Source of the DNA: a virus
Lineage: Duplodnaviria > Caudoviricetes
IMG/VR virus record: IMGVR_UViG_3300026123_000025
Span: 1 to 26,861 of that record
Reading direction: 5' to 3' (one strand)
Length of the DNA stretch: 26,861 nucleotides
A program made the position numbers and the translations under genes. Below are positions 1 through 8,379 of this stretch, piece by piece (the first letter of the stretch is position 1; the number at the start of each line of letters is the position of its first letter). The notes beneath the pieces are model-generated. The model worked only from the letters and a program-made list of their open reading frames with translations, did not search any database and was not told where the DNA came from.

Positions 1-19
1 GACAACTTTTTGGTGCCAT

Positions 20-74
20 AAAAAAGCCCACTTTATGAAATCACGGTAGCGAATCGTGGTTCAACAGTGTGGGC
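20..74 (-). terminator. Probable intrinsic terminator downstream of the 767-aa gene
   Basis: GC-rich closing stem GCCCAC/GTGGGC followed on the minus strand by TTTTTT (plus-strand A-tract 20-25). Confidence 0.6.
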
Positions 75-130
75 GACTGACACTTCTAGGATGAAAACGG
101 ACAAGCCGAAACTATAACGGTCCTAGGGTT
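20..130 (-). ncRNA. Candidate structured ncRNA/3' UTR with segments complementary to 23S rRNA H69-H71
   Basis: Stem CTAGGA (86-91)/TCCTAG (121-126) and a long hairpin GCCCAC (26-31)/GTGGGC (69-74) with inner CACG/CGTG. Plus-strand 105-129 GCCGAAACTATAACGGTCCTAGGGT matches 23S GCCGTAACTATAACGGTCCTAAGGT at 23/25, and 45-53 GGTAGCGAA matches the next rRNA segment. Strand is inferred from the adjacent gene and the U-tract. Confidence 0.55.
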
Positions 131-139
131 GTGTTCTTT

Positions 140-2443
140 TTACTCGGTTGCGTTTTCTCCGTCAACAAAGCCAGGCTTACCTTTGCTCTTTTTTGAGCGT
201 TTGGCTTCCTTCATATGTTCCTCAAATTCTTCCATTAGAGATTCAAAGATTGCGCTTTCATCTAGTGAATAATCTAGTGGATTATCACCTTTAGATGGTT
301 TACGTTCTTTCTTCTGTTTTGGAATACCAGAGAATGTTTTCTTAGAGAAGTCTTCGATTTCTACTTCTGCAGGAGCAGAACCTTCAAACTCAGGTTCATT
401 GTCTGTAGGATCTTCATCTTGAGCATTTAGAGTAGTAGGTTCTGACATGTCTTCGTCTTCTTCTTCCGGCTCTTCTATCTCTTCTGGTTCTTCCATTTCT
501 TCGTCTTCGTCATCACCAAAGTCGTAGATGTTTTCTTTAAGACCTGCGATTTTGCGCATACGATTAATTTCTTCTGCCATTTGGCGACTTGTACCTTCTT
601 TGATACCCATCAACTCTTTTACTTTGTCAACAACAGTAGCATATTGAGACAAATCATGGTATTCACCGCGGAAGTTAATTTCATCAGAGTTTCTATCGTA
701 CCAACCTTGCTCTACTTGTTGACCATTTTTAACAATAGCAAATTCTGTAGAATCACTGTCAGCATTAGTAACAACATACGTGTACCCGCCACCGATAGAT
801 ATTGGTTTTGGCAGTTCATAATCGCCTTCATTTAGGTCGTCACATTCACATGGGTTACAACCACATTTCGGACATGTACCTGCTTCTTCAAGGTCTTCAC
901 TGTCTAAATCGTAGTGACGTTCAAAGTGGTCAACGAATTCTTTAATATCATCGCCGCTGAACCAACGTGTAATAGTGTTAGCAATATCGTCATCACTCAT
1001 GTATTGGTCCCACTCGTATGGGTCAGTTCCATCATAGTGAGCATCAGCCATTTCTTGACGTTCGCCGCCGCCCATCCAAGCAAGTGCTTCGTTGTTTACT
1101 AGTTTGGCATCACCGCCTACACGGTCGATTAGGTCAAAGTATGCTTCTGCGAACTGACCAACTGCTTCATTTTTCATACCACGCTTGTGTAAACGAGCCG
1201 CGCCACGGTCAACGTTTTTATCGTCTGGATCACCGCCCATACCAGCGATAGCATCATTTTCTTCTGCATCACGTTGAAGTTTATTTTTCTTGCCATCTTT
1301 TGGAGCGCGTTTCATGAACTCTTCTGGTGATAGAATTGCTTCGGTCTGTCTGTGACCCATTGAATAATCTGGGTCGTAATCATCTTCGTCATCAACTAGT
1401 ATGAGTTGATCGGCATCTACATACCAGCCTTCGCCATTTTCATCACCAATCCAACCGCGTTGCTTGTCTGCGTCCCATTGTGACAATGTATATACTGCGT
1501 TAGGATTTCTAGGGTCATCATAATGCTTTGTTAGACGAACTTTGGCGCCATCATAGAACTCGTATGGGTCATTGCTTGATTCTTTCATCTTACGTGAACG
1601 GACCGCACCACGGTCAACATTTTCATCATCGTCTTCAAAATCTTCCGGATCACCGCCCATGCCAACGTGTCTATCTATTGGTGAATCAAAGTTACCACGG
1701 TGTTTGCCTACACCTTTATCGTGAATTGATACAGCACGAGGCATTTCACCGCTTGCTTCGTTAGTAGCATTAGCAATGTATTTAAAGTCATCCACTAGGT
1801 CTTGGTAGATATTGTCAATAGCACTTACTTCACCGCCATCTTGGTCAGAAAAGTTTGCGAGAATCATTTCAGCCGCACCGGCGAAGTCGCCTTTTGAAAA
1901 TGCGTCATATGCTTGTGCTACTGTTTCGTCACGAACATCGCTATAAGCGCCTGCTTCTTCTGCATCTTCTATAGCAGCCTTAACCAAATCATTAAATTCA
2001 CCGATAAGGTTACTTGCTTCTGTTACTTCTTGTGCCTGTTCTTTTTGCGGCAAACCAGCAAGTTTGCGCATTCTATCCATTTCATTCATACCTGATTCCT
2101 TAACTTCTTCTCCAGCATCGTAATCTTTGCCGATACGACCTTTCATATGTTTTACTTTAGACTTAGGTTCATCATCCCACCAGTCATCACCTTTTTTCTT
2201 TGATTGACGGTCTTCAATCTTACGGCGCTGTTCCGCAGATAGTGCTTCTGTCATGTCAACTAGTGTAACTTCGTCCCCGCCGCATCCACAATCAGATACT
2301 TCGGGTTGTTGAACACCGGAAAGTTTTAGAAGTCTAGAGATTTCGTCAGGATGTTCTGTGCTCATGTTAGTAGTTGTAATAGACTTATCATTTTGGTCTG
2401 TGACAGTTAAGTTATAATGTTTAGTTTCGTCTATCTTTTTCAT
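140..2443 (-). CDS. Large acidic protein, probably head-internal/scaffold-like with many prohead-protease-type sites
   Basis: 767-aa D/E-rich ORF with recurrent hydrophobic-x-E-[A/S/G] motifs (VTEA, VKES, MKES, LEEA, LNEG, IKEG, LDES, IFES), three RM/LxKL/IA/SGL/V motifs and a CPKCGCNPCEC cluster. Overlaps the upstream ORF by 4 nt. Confidence 0.6.
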   Translation of the reverse strand: MKKIDETKHYNLTVTDQNDKSITTTNMSTEHPDEISRLLKLSGVQQPEVSDCGCGGDEVTLVDMTEALSAEQRRKIEDRQSKKKGDDWWDDEPKSKVKHMKGRIGKDYDAGEEVKESGMNEMDRMRKLAGLPQKEQAQEVTEASNLIGEFNDLVKAAIEDAEEAGAYSDVRDETVAQAYDAFSKGDFAGAAEMILANFSDQDGGEVSAIDNIYQDLVDDFKYIANATNEASGEMPRAVSIHDKGVGKHRGNFDSPIDRHVGMGGDPEDFEDDDENVDRGAVRSRKMKESSNDPYEFYDGAKVRLTKHYDDPRNPNAVYTLSQWDADKQRGWIGDENGEGWYVDADQLILVDDEDDYDPDYSMGHRQTEAILSPEEFMKRAPKDGKKNKLQRDAEENDAIAGMGGDPDDKNVDRGAARLHKRGMKNEAVGQFAEAYFDLIDRVGGDAKLVNNEALAWMGGGERQEMADAHYDGTDPYEWDQYMSDDDIANTITRWFSGDDIKEFVDHFERHYDLDSEDLEEAGTCPKCGCNPCECDDLNEGDYELPKPISIGGGYTYVVTNADSDSTEFAIVKNGQQVEQGWYDRNSDEINFRGEYHDLSQYATVVDKVKELMGIKEGTSRQMAEEINRMRKIAGLKENIYDFGDDEDEEMEEPEEIEEPEEEDEDMSEPTTLNAQDEDPTDNEPEFEGSAPAEVEIEDFSKKTFSGIPKQKKERKPSKGDNPLDYSLDESAIFESLMEEFEEHMKEAKRSKKSKGKPGFVDGENATE

Positions 2444-3012
2444 ATTCTTTTCCCTGTAATGACTGAATTACTTGATTTTTCTTCAGTACTCATTTGTTCT
2501 GGCGCAGGGTCTGCTTTTGGTTGAATACTCAACTCGTTTTCAACTGTAGCCATTTCACGCTTTTCTAACCCGTTTAGGAAATCATCAATGAATTTACGAC
2601 CGTAACTCTTACCATCATCTGATTCATCATCATATTCACTGTCTAGTAGAGCAGGCTGATCCTCGTCTGATACATCCTCTTCAACAGCAGGTTCCATACC
2701 TGGCTTATGAACAATAATGTGTGTTATGTTCATTTCTAACAAATCTGCTAGTTGCTGTCTTAGAATATCAGCAGCAATCGGATATCCAGTGATAATCTCA
2801 ACCTTTGATACTTCTGTGTTTTGTACATCATCAAAGAATAGTGGGTTCTTTGTGATTGGTGTTACTTTTACGCTAGAAATTGAGCGTAGGTCATATTTTT
2901 CTAGGAATCTTTCAATACGGTCAACATCGACTTCTTCTAGTTTTCCAGCAAAACGGATAACTAGTTCGTATTCTTTGTAAGATTCTGTTAAGAATTCTCT
3001 AAAACTTTTCAT
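2440..3012 (-). CDS. Hypothetical virion protein with T4-like capsid-targeting N-terminus
   Basis: N-terminus MKSFREFLTES resembles the T4 internal-protein capsid targeting sequence (MKTYQEFIAE-type). RBS GGAGA and a late promoter lie upstream. Confidence 0.6.
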   Translation of the reverse strand: MKSFREFLTESYKEYELVIRFAGKLEEVDVDRIERFLEKYDLRSISSVKVTPITKNPLFFDDVQNTEVSKVEIITGYPIAADILRQQLADLLEMNITHIIVHKPGMEPAVEEDVSDEDQPALLDSEYDDESDDGKSYGRKFIDDFLNGLEKREMATVENELSIQPKADPAPEQMSTEEKSSNSVITGKRI

Positions 3013-3050
3013 TTATTAAATCTCCAAAAACGAATTTGCACTTATACACT

Positions 3051-3058
3051 TATTTATC
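3051..3058 (-). promoter_or_regulatory. T4-type late promoter GATAAATA
   Basis: TATTTATC on the plus strand, intergenic, upstream of 2440..3012. Confidence 0.7.
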
Positions 3059-3071
3059 ATTTAGGAAGATT

Positions 3072-4337
3072 TTATTGAATTTCATATATATAAGAGGCGC
3101 CTTGGTTTCCGAGTGGAGCATCTTCACGCGGAGATCCTACAATGGCTTTAGTACCGTCGCCTGAAATATAAACACTGGAGCCGTATCTATCGTCCTCTCC
3201 TTTATCGCTCGCTTGAAGTTTTTGTTGTTGTGTCCATACACCACCTGAACTAGTGAAGATATAAGCAGCACCTGCGGAAATAGCCCCAGTGTCCTCGAGG
3301 TAAGCGCCAATGATAGCAGTATTACCATCACTTGACATACTAACCTTGTATCCGAAATAATCAGTTGCTTCTGCATCACTTGCTTGAATCTTTTGTTGTT
3401 GTGTCCACACACCACCAGATTGTGTAAAGATATAAGCAGAACCTGCACCAGAAGCGCCAGTGTCCTCGTGATAAGCGCCAATGATAGCAGTATTACCATC
3501 ACTTGACATACTAACCGTGTACCCGAAACGGTCACCTCCTTGAACATCACTTGCCTGAATCTTTTGTTGTTGTGTCCATACACCACCAGAACGAGTATAC
3601 ATATATGCTGAGCCTGCAAGAGAACCGCCAGTGTCTTCACCATATGAACCTACTATCGCTGTATTACCATCGGAAGAAATAGATACGGACCAACCGAAAT
3701 TATCACTTGCTTGAGCATCACTTGCCAGTATCTTCTGTTGTTCTGTCCACACACCGCCTGATTGTGTGAAGATATAAGCGGCACCCGCTAAAATACCACC
3801 GGCGGATTCGCCATAAGCACCAATGATAGCAGTGTTACCGTCACTGGATATTGATACTGAATAACCGAAACGGTCATACTGTTCTATATCACTCGCTTGA
3901 AGTTTTTGTTGCTGTGTCCAAACCCCTCCTGAACGAGTGAAGATGTAGGCAGCGCCAGCCTCTGCTCCTACAGTATCTTCGCCGTAGGCTCCGACAATGG
4001 CGGTGTTACCGTCACCTGAAAGGCTTACTGCCCAACCGAAATAACCACCGCCTTCGGGATCACCCGCTATAAGTTTTTGTTCCTCTAGCCATATCCCACC
4101 GACTTGAGTAAAGATGTACGCTGAGCCTGCATCGCTAAATCCTGTTGCGTCTTCAACATATGCTCCAACTATAGCCGTTGTGCCATCTTCGGACATAGCA
4201 ACGGTCGAACCAAAAGCATCGTTACCTGCGGCATCACTTGCTAATATCTTTTGTTCCGCCCAAACAACAGGCGGTATCACTGAAGTAGTACCCACTGATT
4301 TTGTTAATTCTACATTATTAAATCTTATTTTAGCCAT
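3072..4337 (-). CDS. FG-GAP repeat (7-bladed beta-propeller) protein
   Basis: Seven ~57-aa repeats QKIxASD...D.FGxSVSxSxDGNTAIxGAYxED...GxAYIF. Confidence 0.85.
   Translation of the reverse strand: MAKIRFNNVELTKSVGTTSVIPPVVWAEQKILASDAAGNDAFGSTVAMSEDGTTAIVGAYVEDATGFSDAGSAYIFTQVGGIWLEEQKLIAGDPEGGGYFGWAVSLSGDGNTAIVGAYGEDTVGAEAGAAYIFTRSGGVWTQQQKLQASDIEQYDRFGYSVSISSDGNTAIIGAYGESAGGILAGAAYIFTQSGGVWTEQQKILASDAQASDNFGWSVSISSDGNTAIVGSYGEDTGGSLAGSAYMYTRSGGVWTQQQKIQASDVQGGDRFGYTVSMSSDGNTAIIGAYHEDTGASGAGSAYIFTQSGGVWTQQQKIQASDAEATDYFGYKVSMSSDGNTAIIGAYLEDTGAISAGAAYIFTSSGGVWTQQQKLQASDKGEDDRYGSSVYISGDGTKAIVGSPREDAPLGNQGASYIYEIQ
3301..3516. repeat. 45-bp identical direct repeat (3301-3345, 3472-3516), 171-nt period
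   Basis: TAAGCGCCAATGATAGCAGTATTACCATCACTTGACATACTAACC occurs twice, in adjacent FG-GAP blades. Confidence 0.85.
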
Positions 4338-4341
4338 TATG

Positions 4342-4932
4342 CTATTCTCCTTTTAAATTTTTTGCTTTGGCGATTCGTTTTAGTAGTTCGTTACGGTCTA
4401 TAGTAACCTTACCTTCGGTTTCTATCTCATCACCTTCTAATGATTTTTGTTTTGCTTCTTCTTTTTCAATTGCGTGGTCAAGCCTTGCCTTCTGCAATTG
4501 TAAACTAATCATACGCAATTTACGGTCTACTTTAGAATCCTTCGCTTCCATCGCAGTTTTTAGCATTTGGTTGGCAGTTTCAAATAGTTTCGCTCCGGCA
4601 TGTACTTCAACATTCATACCCAAATCAACTAAGTCGTTGAATGTGTCCATTGCCTTTTTATGAATCTCGTCCATATCTCCATCATGTTCGTTTAGGTCAC
4701 TGACTGACGGTAATGCTGAATCTATCTTGTCTGTTTCACTCATAGATTCCTCTATTACTGCCATCATAGATTTTGATTCTTCTATTGTAGGAGTTTGTTC
4801 TGGGGTTCTATCTTCTAAATCGTGTTTAGATGCTAGTCTATCATCGTTGTATGCGTCTAGCACATCATTCACAATACTTTCGTCATCCTCTTCCGGGATC
4901 ATTCCAAATACTTCTTCTAATTTTTTAGTCAT
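4342..4932 (-). CDS. Putative terminase small subunit (gp16-like) or conserved helical phage protein
   Basis: Acidic N-terminus, central amphipathic helices (KAMDTFNDLVDLG...FETANQMLK) and C-terminal DRNELLKRI, reminiscent of T4-like TerS. Morphogenesis context. Confidence 0.5.
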   Translation of the reverse strand: MTKKLEEVFGMIPEEDDESIVNDVLDAYNDDRLASKHDLEDRTPEQTPTIEESKSMMAVIEESMSETDKIDSALPSVSDLNEHDGDMDEIHKKAMDTFNDLVDLGMNVEVHAGAKLFETANQMLKTAMEAKDSKVDRKLRMISLQLQKARLDHAIEKEEAKQKSLEGDEIETEGKVTIDRNELLKRIAKAKNLKGE

Positions 4933-4970
4933 AAAAAATACCTCATGGTTTTAACTATGAGGTATTTATC
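4933..4970 (-). promoter_or_regulatory. Late promoter GATAAATA (4963-4970) overlapping a hairpin that sequesters the RBS; may also act as a terminator
   Basis: Minus strand GATAAATACCTCATAGTTAAAACCATGAGGTATTTTTTATG: 11-bp perfect stem (4936-4946/4957-4967) containing GAGGT, then a T-tract and ATG. Confidence 0.75.
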
Positions 4971-4989
4971 TTTTATGATTGTACACGTT

Positions 4990-5511
4990 TTATTCGTTAT
5001 TCGCAACCATTTGCTCTTTATCCAACTCTGGGTCAGCCTCAAATATCACAAACTCTAGGTTCTCATGGTCAGGATAATGAACACGAGTAGGACCTTCAGG
5101 ACAAACGTAATCTATGTAAGCGTACATCATTGCGTTGCCTGGATTAATTTCTCCTTGCTCTTCTGATATTGTAAATGAATATCCGAATTTATCGACTTTA
5201 TCATTGGCAGGACCAGACCACGTTGCGATACTAGGAATTGCACGATGGATAACATATCTATCGTCTTTTACTTCAATGTTAAACCCTGTGACAGAGCAAT
5301 CATCACGAAATTTTTGTCTTGCTATTGTAACATCAAAATCCCCATTACTTGGACCAGATGATACTTGAAAATGGTCAGGTGCCCATTCCAATATTGGACC
5401 ACCTTTAAAATAAGTACTGTATATATTATGAGCACCGACTGTGGCGCTGCTTAAACCAGCAATAAGGGATATAACCTTAACTGTGGTGTCTAAACCATCA
5501 ATATTAAACAT
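4990..5511 (-). CDS. Hypothetical protein with N-terminal hydrophobic anchor
   Basis: Start moved to ATG 5511 (MFNIDG...) because GAGGAGG lies just upstream. Hydrophobic VKVISLIAGLSSATVGA is followed by a beta-rich domain with two Cys. Confidence 0.7.
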   Translation of the reverse strand: MFNIDGLDTTVKVISLIAGLSSATVGAHNIYSTYFKGGPILEWAPDHFQVSSGPSNGDFDVTIARQKFRDDCSVTGFNIEVKDDRYVIHRAIPSIATWSGPANDKVDKFGYSFTISEEQGEINPGNAMMYAYIDYVCPEGPTRVHYPDHENLEFVIFEADPELDKEQMVANNE

Positions 5512-5550
5512 GCGTAAACCTCCTCTCAAAAAATTTACATCTTGTATCTT

Positions 5551-5558
5551 TATTTATA
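5551..5558 (-). promoter_or_regulatory. T4 late promoter TATAAATA
   Basis: Exact T4 late consensus, flanked by a 10-bp inverted repeat (5523-5532/5559-5568). Confidence 0.75.
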
Positions 5559-5612
5559 TTTTTGAGAGACTTTTAGCACAAATACGACATTTGTTTAAAT
5601 TTTTGTATATCT

Positions 5613-6086
5613 TTATTTTTTCTTTCTTGGTGCCCTACGTGTTCCTTTTGGTTTGGGTTTTTTAGCATTCATGTAAATATCATGTTCTGTTAGTATTCTA
5701 AATTTCATACCACGCTTTTTTGCCCAGTCTTCTGCTGCCGCCCATTTAGCATAGTTGATAGCAGTTTGCATTTGTTGACCTTGAGAACGTGCATATTGCG
5801 GATCACTTTGGTTGAGGGGTTTTATTTCGATAAGTTCGGCATGTTTCTTGCCTTTTGCATCAAGATAAACAACTATAAAATCAGGTACGTATGTAGTCAT
5901 TTTGCCTGTAATAGGGTGAAGGTAGGGTATTCTTACAGGTTCACTTGCCCATGACAACACATTAGGGTTATTGTCGCAGAATTGCATGAATGTATTTTCC
6001 CAGGATGAACGAAATGTTGGGGTGCCTTTGCCTGCATACTTTGCTTCATTTATTATTGCGTATCTACCTTGATGATATTTTGCCAT
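5613..6086 (-). CDS. gp4: Head completion nuclease (T4 gp4-like, TnsA-type PD-(D/E)xK)
   Basis: Motifs FRSSWE, FCDNNPNV, WASEPVRIPY, YVPDF, EIKP, N.AKW.AA..W, F.ILTE. Confidence 0.88.
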   Translation of the reverse strand: MAKYHQGRYAIINEAKYAGKGTPTFRSSWENTFMQFCDNNPNVLSWASEPVRIPYLHPITGKMTTYVPDFIVVYLDAKGKKHAELIEIKPLNQSDPQYARSQGQQMQTAINYAKWAAAEDWAKKRGMKFRILTEHDIYMNAKKPKPKGTRRAPRKKK

Positions 6087-6349
6087 TACTTAAAGATTGA
6101 TCTTTGTATGTATAAGTTAGGTTTTGATTTCTTCATTTTACCAGTCACATAACCTTGTGTTCTGGTGTTGTTTAGTATGAATCCGCCTAAATCGTTGAAT
6201 TCAATTTTGCCTTCAATTTCTTTCACCAACTCATACGGGTTAATTCCATAATTTCTAGCCACAGACATTAGTTGTCTTGCTAATGTTTCAGACTGTGATT
6301 GGGTATACCCTTGTCGTTTAATTTGCGCAACTAATATATTGATATCCAT
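6086..6349 (-). CDS. Hypothetical protein (87 aa)
   Basis: ORF tightly packed between its neighbours, with a TAATG overlap with gp4. Confidence 0.7.
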   Translation of the reverse strand: MDINILVAQIKRQGYTQSQSETLARQLMSVARNYGINPYELVKEIEGKIEFNDLGGFILNNTRTQGYVTGKMKKSKPNLYIQRSIFK

Positions 6350-6351
6350 TA

Positions 6352-7686
6352 TTACTGTCCTGTCGGTTTATTAGTAATTTCTTTTATCTTACCTATCTCT
6401 GTAGCAGATATTACTCGTTGTCCTTGAATTTGCTGTTGTGGCGAAGCAGGTTGTGGCGCAGACGGTGGTATTACACTCCCAGTCGTTGCTCTGCCTACTG
6501 TAGGGGAACCAATTCCTGCAAAACCTCCTAGAGGAGAAGCAGTGTTATTATTCAACAATGAATTGCGAACACCATCACGAACTATATCACCTATAAATCC
6601 AAAACGACTTGTTGATGTAGGTTTAAGTGATTGTATATCACTAAGACCTTTATTGCCCAGAATGCCTTGGAGAACATTCTGACCTATGTTTTTCATGCTA
6701 AATTTCTTACCATTGAATACAGCATTTATAAGTTCATCTTGAAACGCATCTAATATATTATCACCGCCATAACCACGAGCACCAGGATTGTTGGCTACTA
6801 AGTTACCAAAACTTGGTATTTCTGCCCCACCAGCAGTAAATGTGTCACTATCAGTTTGAATACCAAGTCTATCAAGACCTTCGTATAATCGTGTTAGTTC
6901 TTCATATGTTAGAGGTGTACTACGTGGTGAATCACCGTTAAGTAATACCTCTCTAGCAATACTCATGCCTTTCTCCATCCAATCAGGAGCGTCAACACTT
7001 ACATTTTCCGAGCGCACAAAAACATTTTCAGGTTGTAATTGTAACTGAATAGTTTTTACTTCACTTGTAGAGTAATCGTTTTGGTCAAATGTAATGGCCG
7101 TAACCATAGGATTGATTAGGACAATCTTTTGAATTTTAGCAGGTGCGTCACGTTGTACTTCCTTTGCGCCGAAATATGAACCCAACTCCCCTCGCTGACC
7201 TTGACCAAAGAAGTGATAAATTTCTATCTTGTTAAAAAAATGAAATTCGGGCGTGTCCCAAGATGTTGATTTTCGTCCGGAATTCACGTCCCTGATAGTA
7301 GAATCTATATTACCTGAATCTTCATTATTGTAGTTGTTGAAAAAATATTTTTCGTAAATATCACTTACTAGTTTAAATGTTTCTCCATCAACTGTGTCAT
7401 ATAATGTTATAGTTACGGATGGAAAATCAACACGGGTCGGAACATGCACACGTTTACCGTAACGGTCAACAGATTGCGTTTCCATTTGTACTGTAACCTC
7501 GGATACATTTTTAACTTTACCTGACATATGGTTAAGATTTTTCTCACCATACATCTTAACAAAGTATTGACCCGCAAGTTTAGGAACAGAAGTAAGGACA
7601 GCACCTGAGGGGCTATCAAAGCCCCACTTGGCTGCCGCATTATTACTTCCTGCTAAAAACTTCTTTCCATCTGAACTTTTTGGCAT
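6352..7686 (-). CDS. Tail-tube-fold baseplate/tube initiator protein (gp48/gp54-like)
   Basis: N-terminal half has tube-type motifs (RYGKRVHVPTRVDFPSVTITLYD; LINPMVTAITFDQNDYS) paralleling the adjacent tube protein. Low-complexity C-terminus. Confidence 0.65.
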   Translation of the reverse strand: MPKSSDGKKFLAGSNNAAAKWGFDSPSGAVLTSVPKLAGQYFVKMYGEKNLNHMSGKVKNVSEVTVQMETQSVDRYGKRVHVPTRVDFPSVTITLYDTVDGETFKLVSDIYEKYFFNNYNNEDSGNIDSTIRDVNSGRKSTSWDTPEFHFFNKIEIYHFFGQGQRGELGSYFGAKEVQRDAPAKIQKIVLINPMVTAITFDQNDYSTSEVKTIQLQLQPENVFVRSENVSVDAPDWMEKGMSIAREVLLNGDSPRSTPLTYEELTRLYEGLDRLGIQTDSDTFTAGGAEIPSFGNLVANNPGARGYGGDNILDAFQDELINAVFNGKKFSMKNIGQNVLQGILGNKGLSDIQSLKPTSTSRFGFIGDIVRDGVRNSLLNNNTASPLGGFAGIGSPTVGRATTGSVIPPSAPQPASPQQQIQGQRVISATEIGKIKEITNKPTGQ

Positions 7687-7700
7687 AGTTTACTAACCTA

Positions 7701-8306
7701 TTAACCCAATAGTGAAGAATTGTTTGTAAACTTGTCGGCAGCAGGCATGATTTCTTCGTCAACAAAGATACAGTTGTCGTAATGTACTGTCATGCTGATA
7801 CGTACTGGCTCAGAAGATGAATAGTCAGTTTGTGTGTAATCAACGTTGCTCAAGAAACAACCTTCTAGTTGAATCTGTTCAACTGGAACACCACTGTTAC
7901 CATCTAGAATCTCAACTAGCATACCAAACTTGTAGTTTGTACCTGCTGCTGGACCATGTTGATTTCTGTGGTTTAATTGTGTTTGAAGTTGATTACCTAC
8001 TAGTTTAGTTAGTTGGTTACCAATATCATCACGTAGTTCCAATGTGATTGGTTGCCAAGTGTGCTTGCCCATCATGTTCATACGAGAGTTGTATGAATCA
8101 ATTACGATTGGTTCATGGTCAATCTTCGGACGAGTTACGTTAATAACTTGACGGGTAAATTCTTTTGATGAACTAACATCGGTGCCACCAAATCCAGTAA
8201 CGATTACTCGGAAGCGGTAACTAAGTTTAGGTTGTAGAATACCAATACCATCGCCAGCAGTCTGACCTTCCGTTGGTACACCAAAGTTCTGTAGTGTTCT
8301 TGCCAT
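7701..8306 (-). CDS. gp19: Tail tube protein (gp19-like)
   Basis: QPKLSYRFRV, YNSRMNMMGKHTWQPITLELRDD, LEGCFLSNVDY..DYSSSEPV.I.MTV.YDN. 201 aa, near the sheath gene. Confidence 0.88.
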   Translation of the reverse strand: MARTLQNFGVPTEGQTAGDGIGILQPKLSYRFRVIVTGFGGTDVSSSKEFTRQVINVTRPKIDHEPIVIDSYNSRMNMMGKHTWQPITLELRDDIGNQLTKLVGNQLQTQLNHRNQHGPAAGTNYKFGMLVEILDGNSGVPVEQIQLEGCFLSNVDYTQTDYSSSEPVRISMTVHYDNCIFVDEEIMPAADKFTNNSSLLG

Positions 8307-8357
8307 TTTTCATGTCTCCTAAAAAAGTTTATACAGAAGCAATTGCTTTCATATAAC

Positions 8358-8365
8358 TATTTATC
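8358..8365 (-). promoter_or_regulatory. Late promoter GATAAATA for tail tube
   Basis: TATTTATC upstream of the AGGAGA RBS and ATG 8306. Confidence 0.75.
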
Positions 8366-8379
8366 ACTAACCTAAAATA

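Noticed and set aside
1-19. Possible gene start ATGGCACCAAAA on the minus strand
   Set aside because: Only six codons are visible and there is no clear RBS.
45-129. A true rRNA gene or group I intron exon junction
   Set aside because: Only 25 and 9 nt match 23S, in swapped order, with no flanking rRNA sequence or recognisable intron core.
3072-4337. CRISPR array or DGR template/variable repeat
   Set aside because: The repeats are in-frame protein blades with no spacers, no adenine-specific differences noticed and no reverse transcriptase in the window.
5613-6086. Tn7 TnsA transposase / mobile element
   Set aside because: Motifs and context fit the T4 gp4 head completion protein, and there are no other transposon genes or ends.
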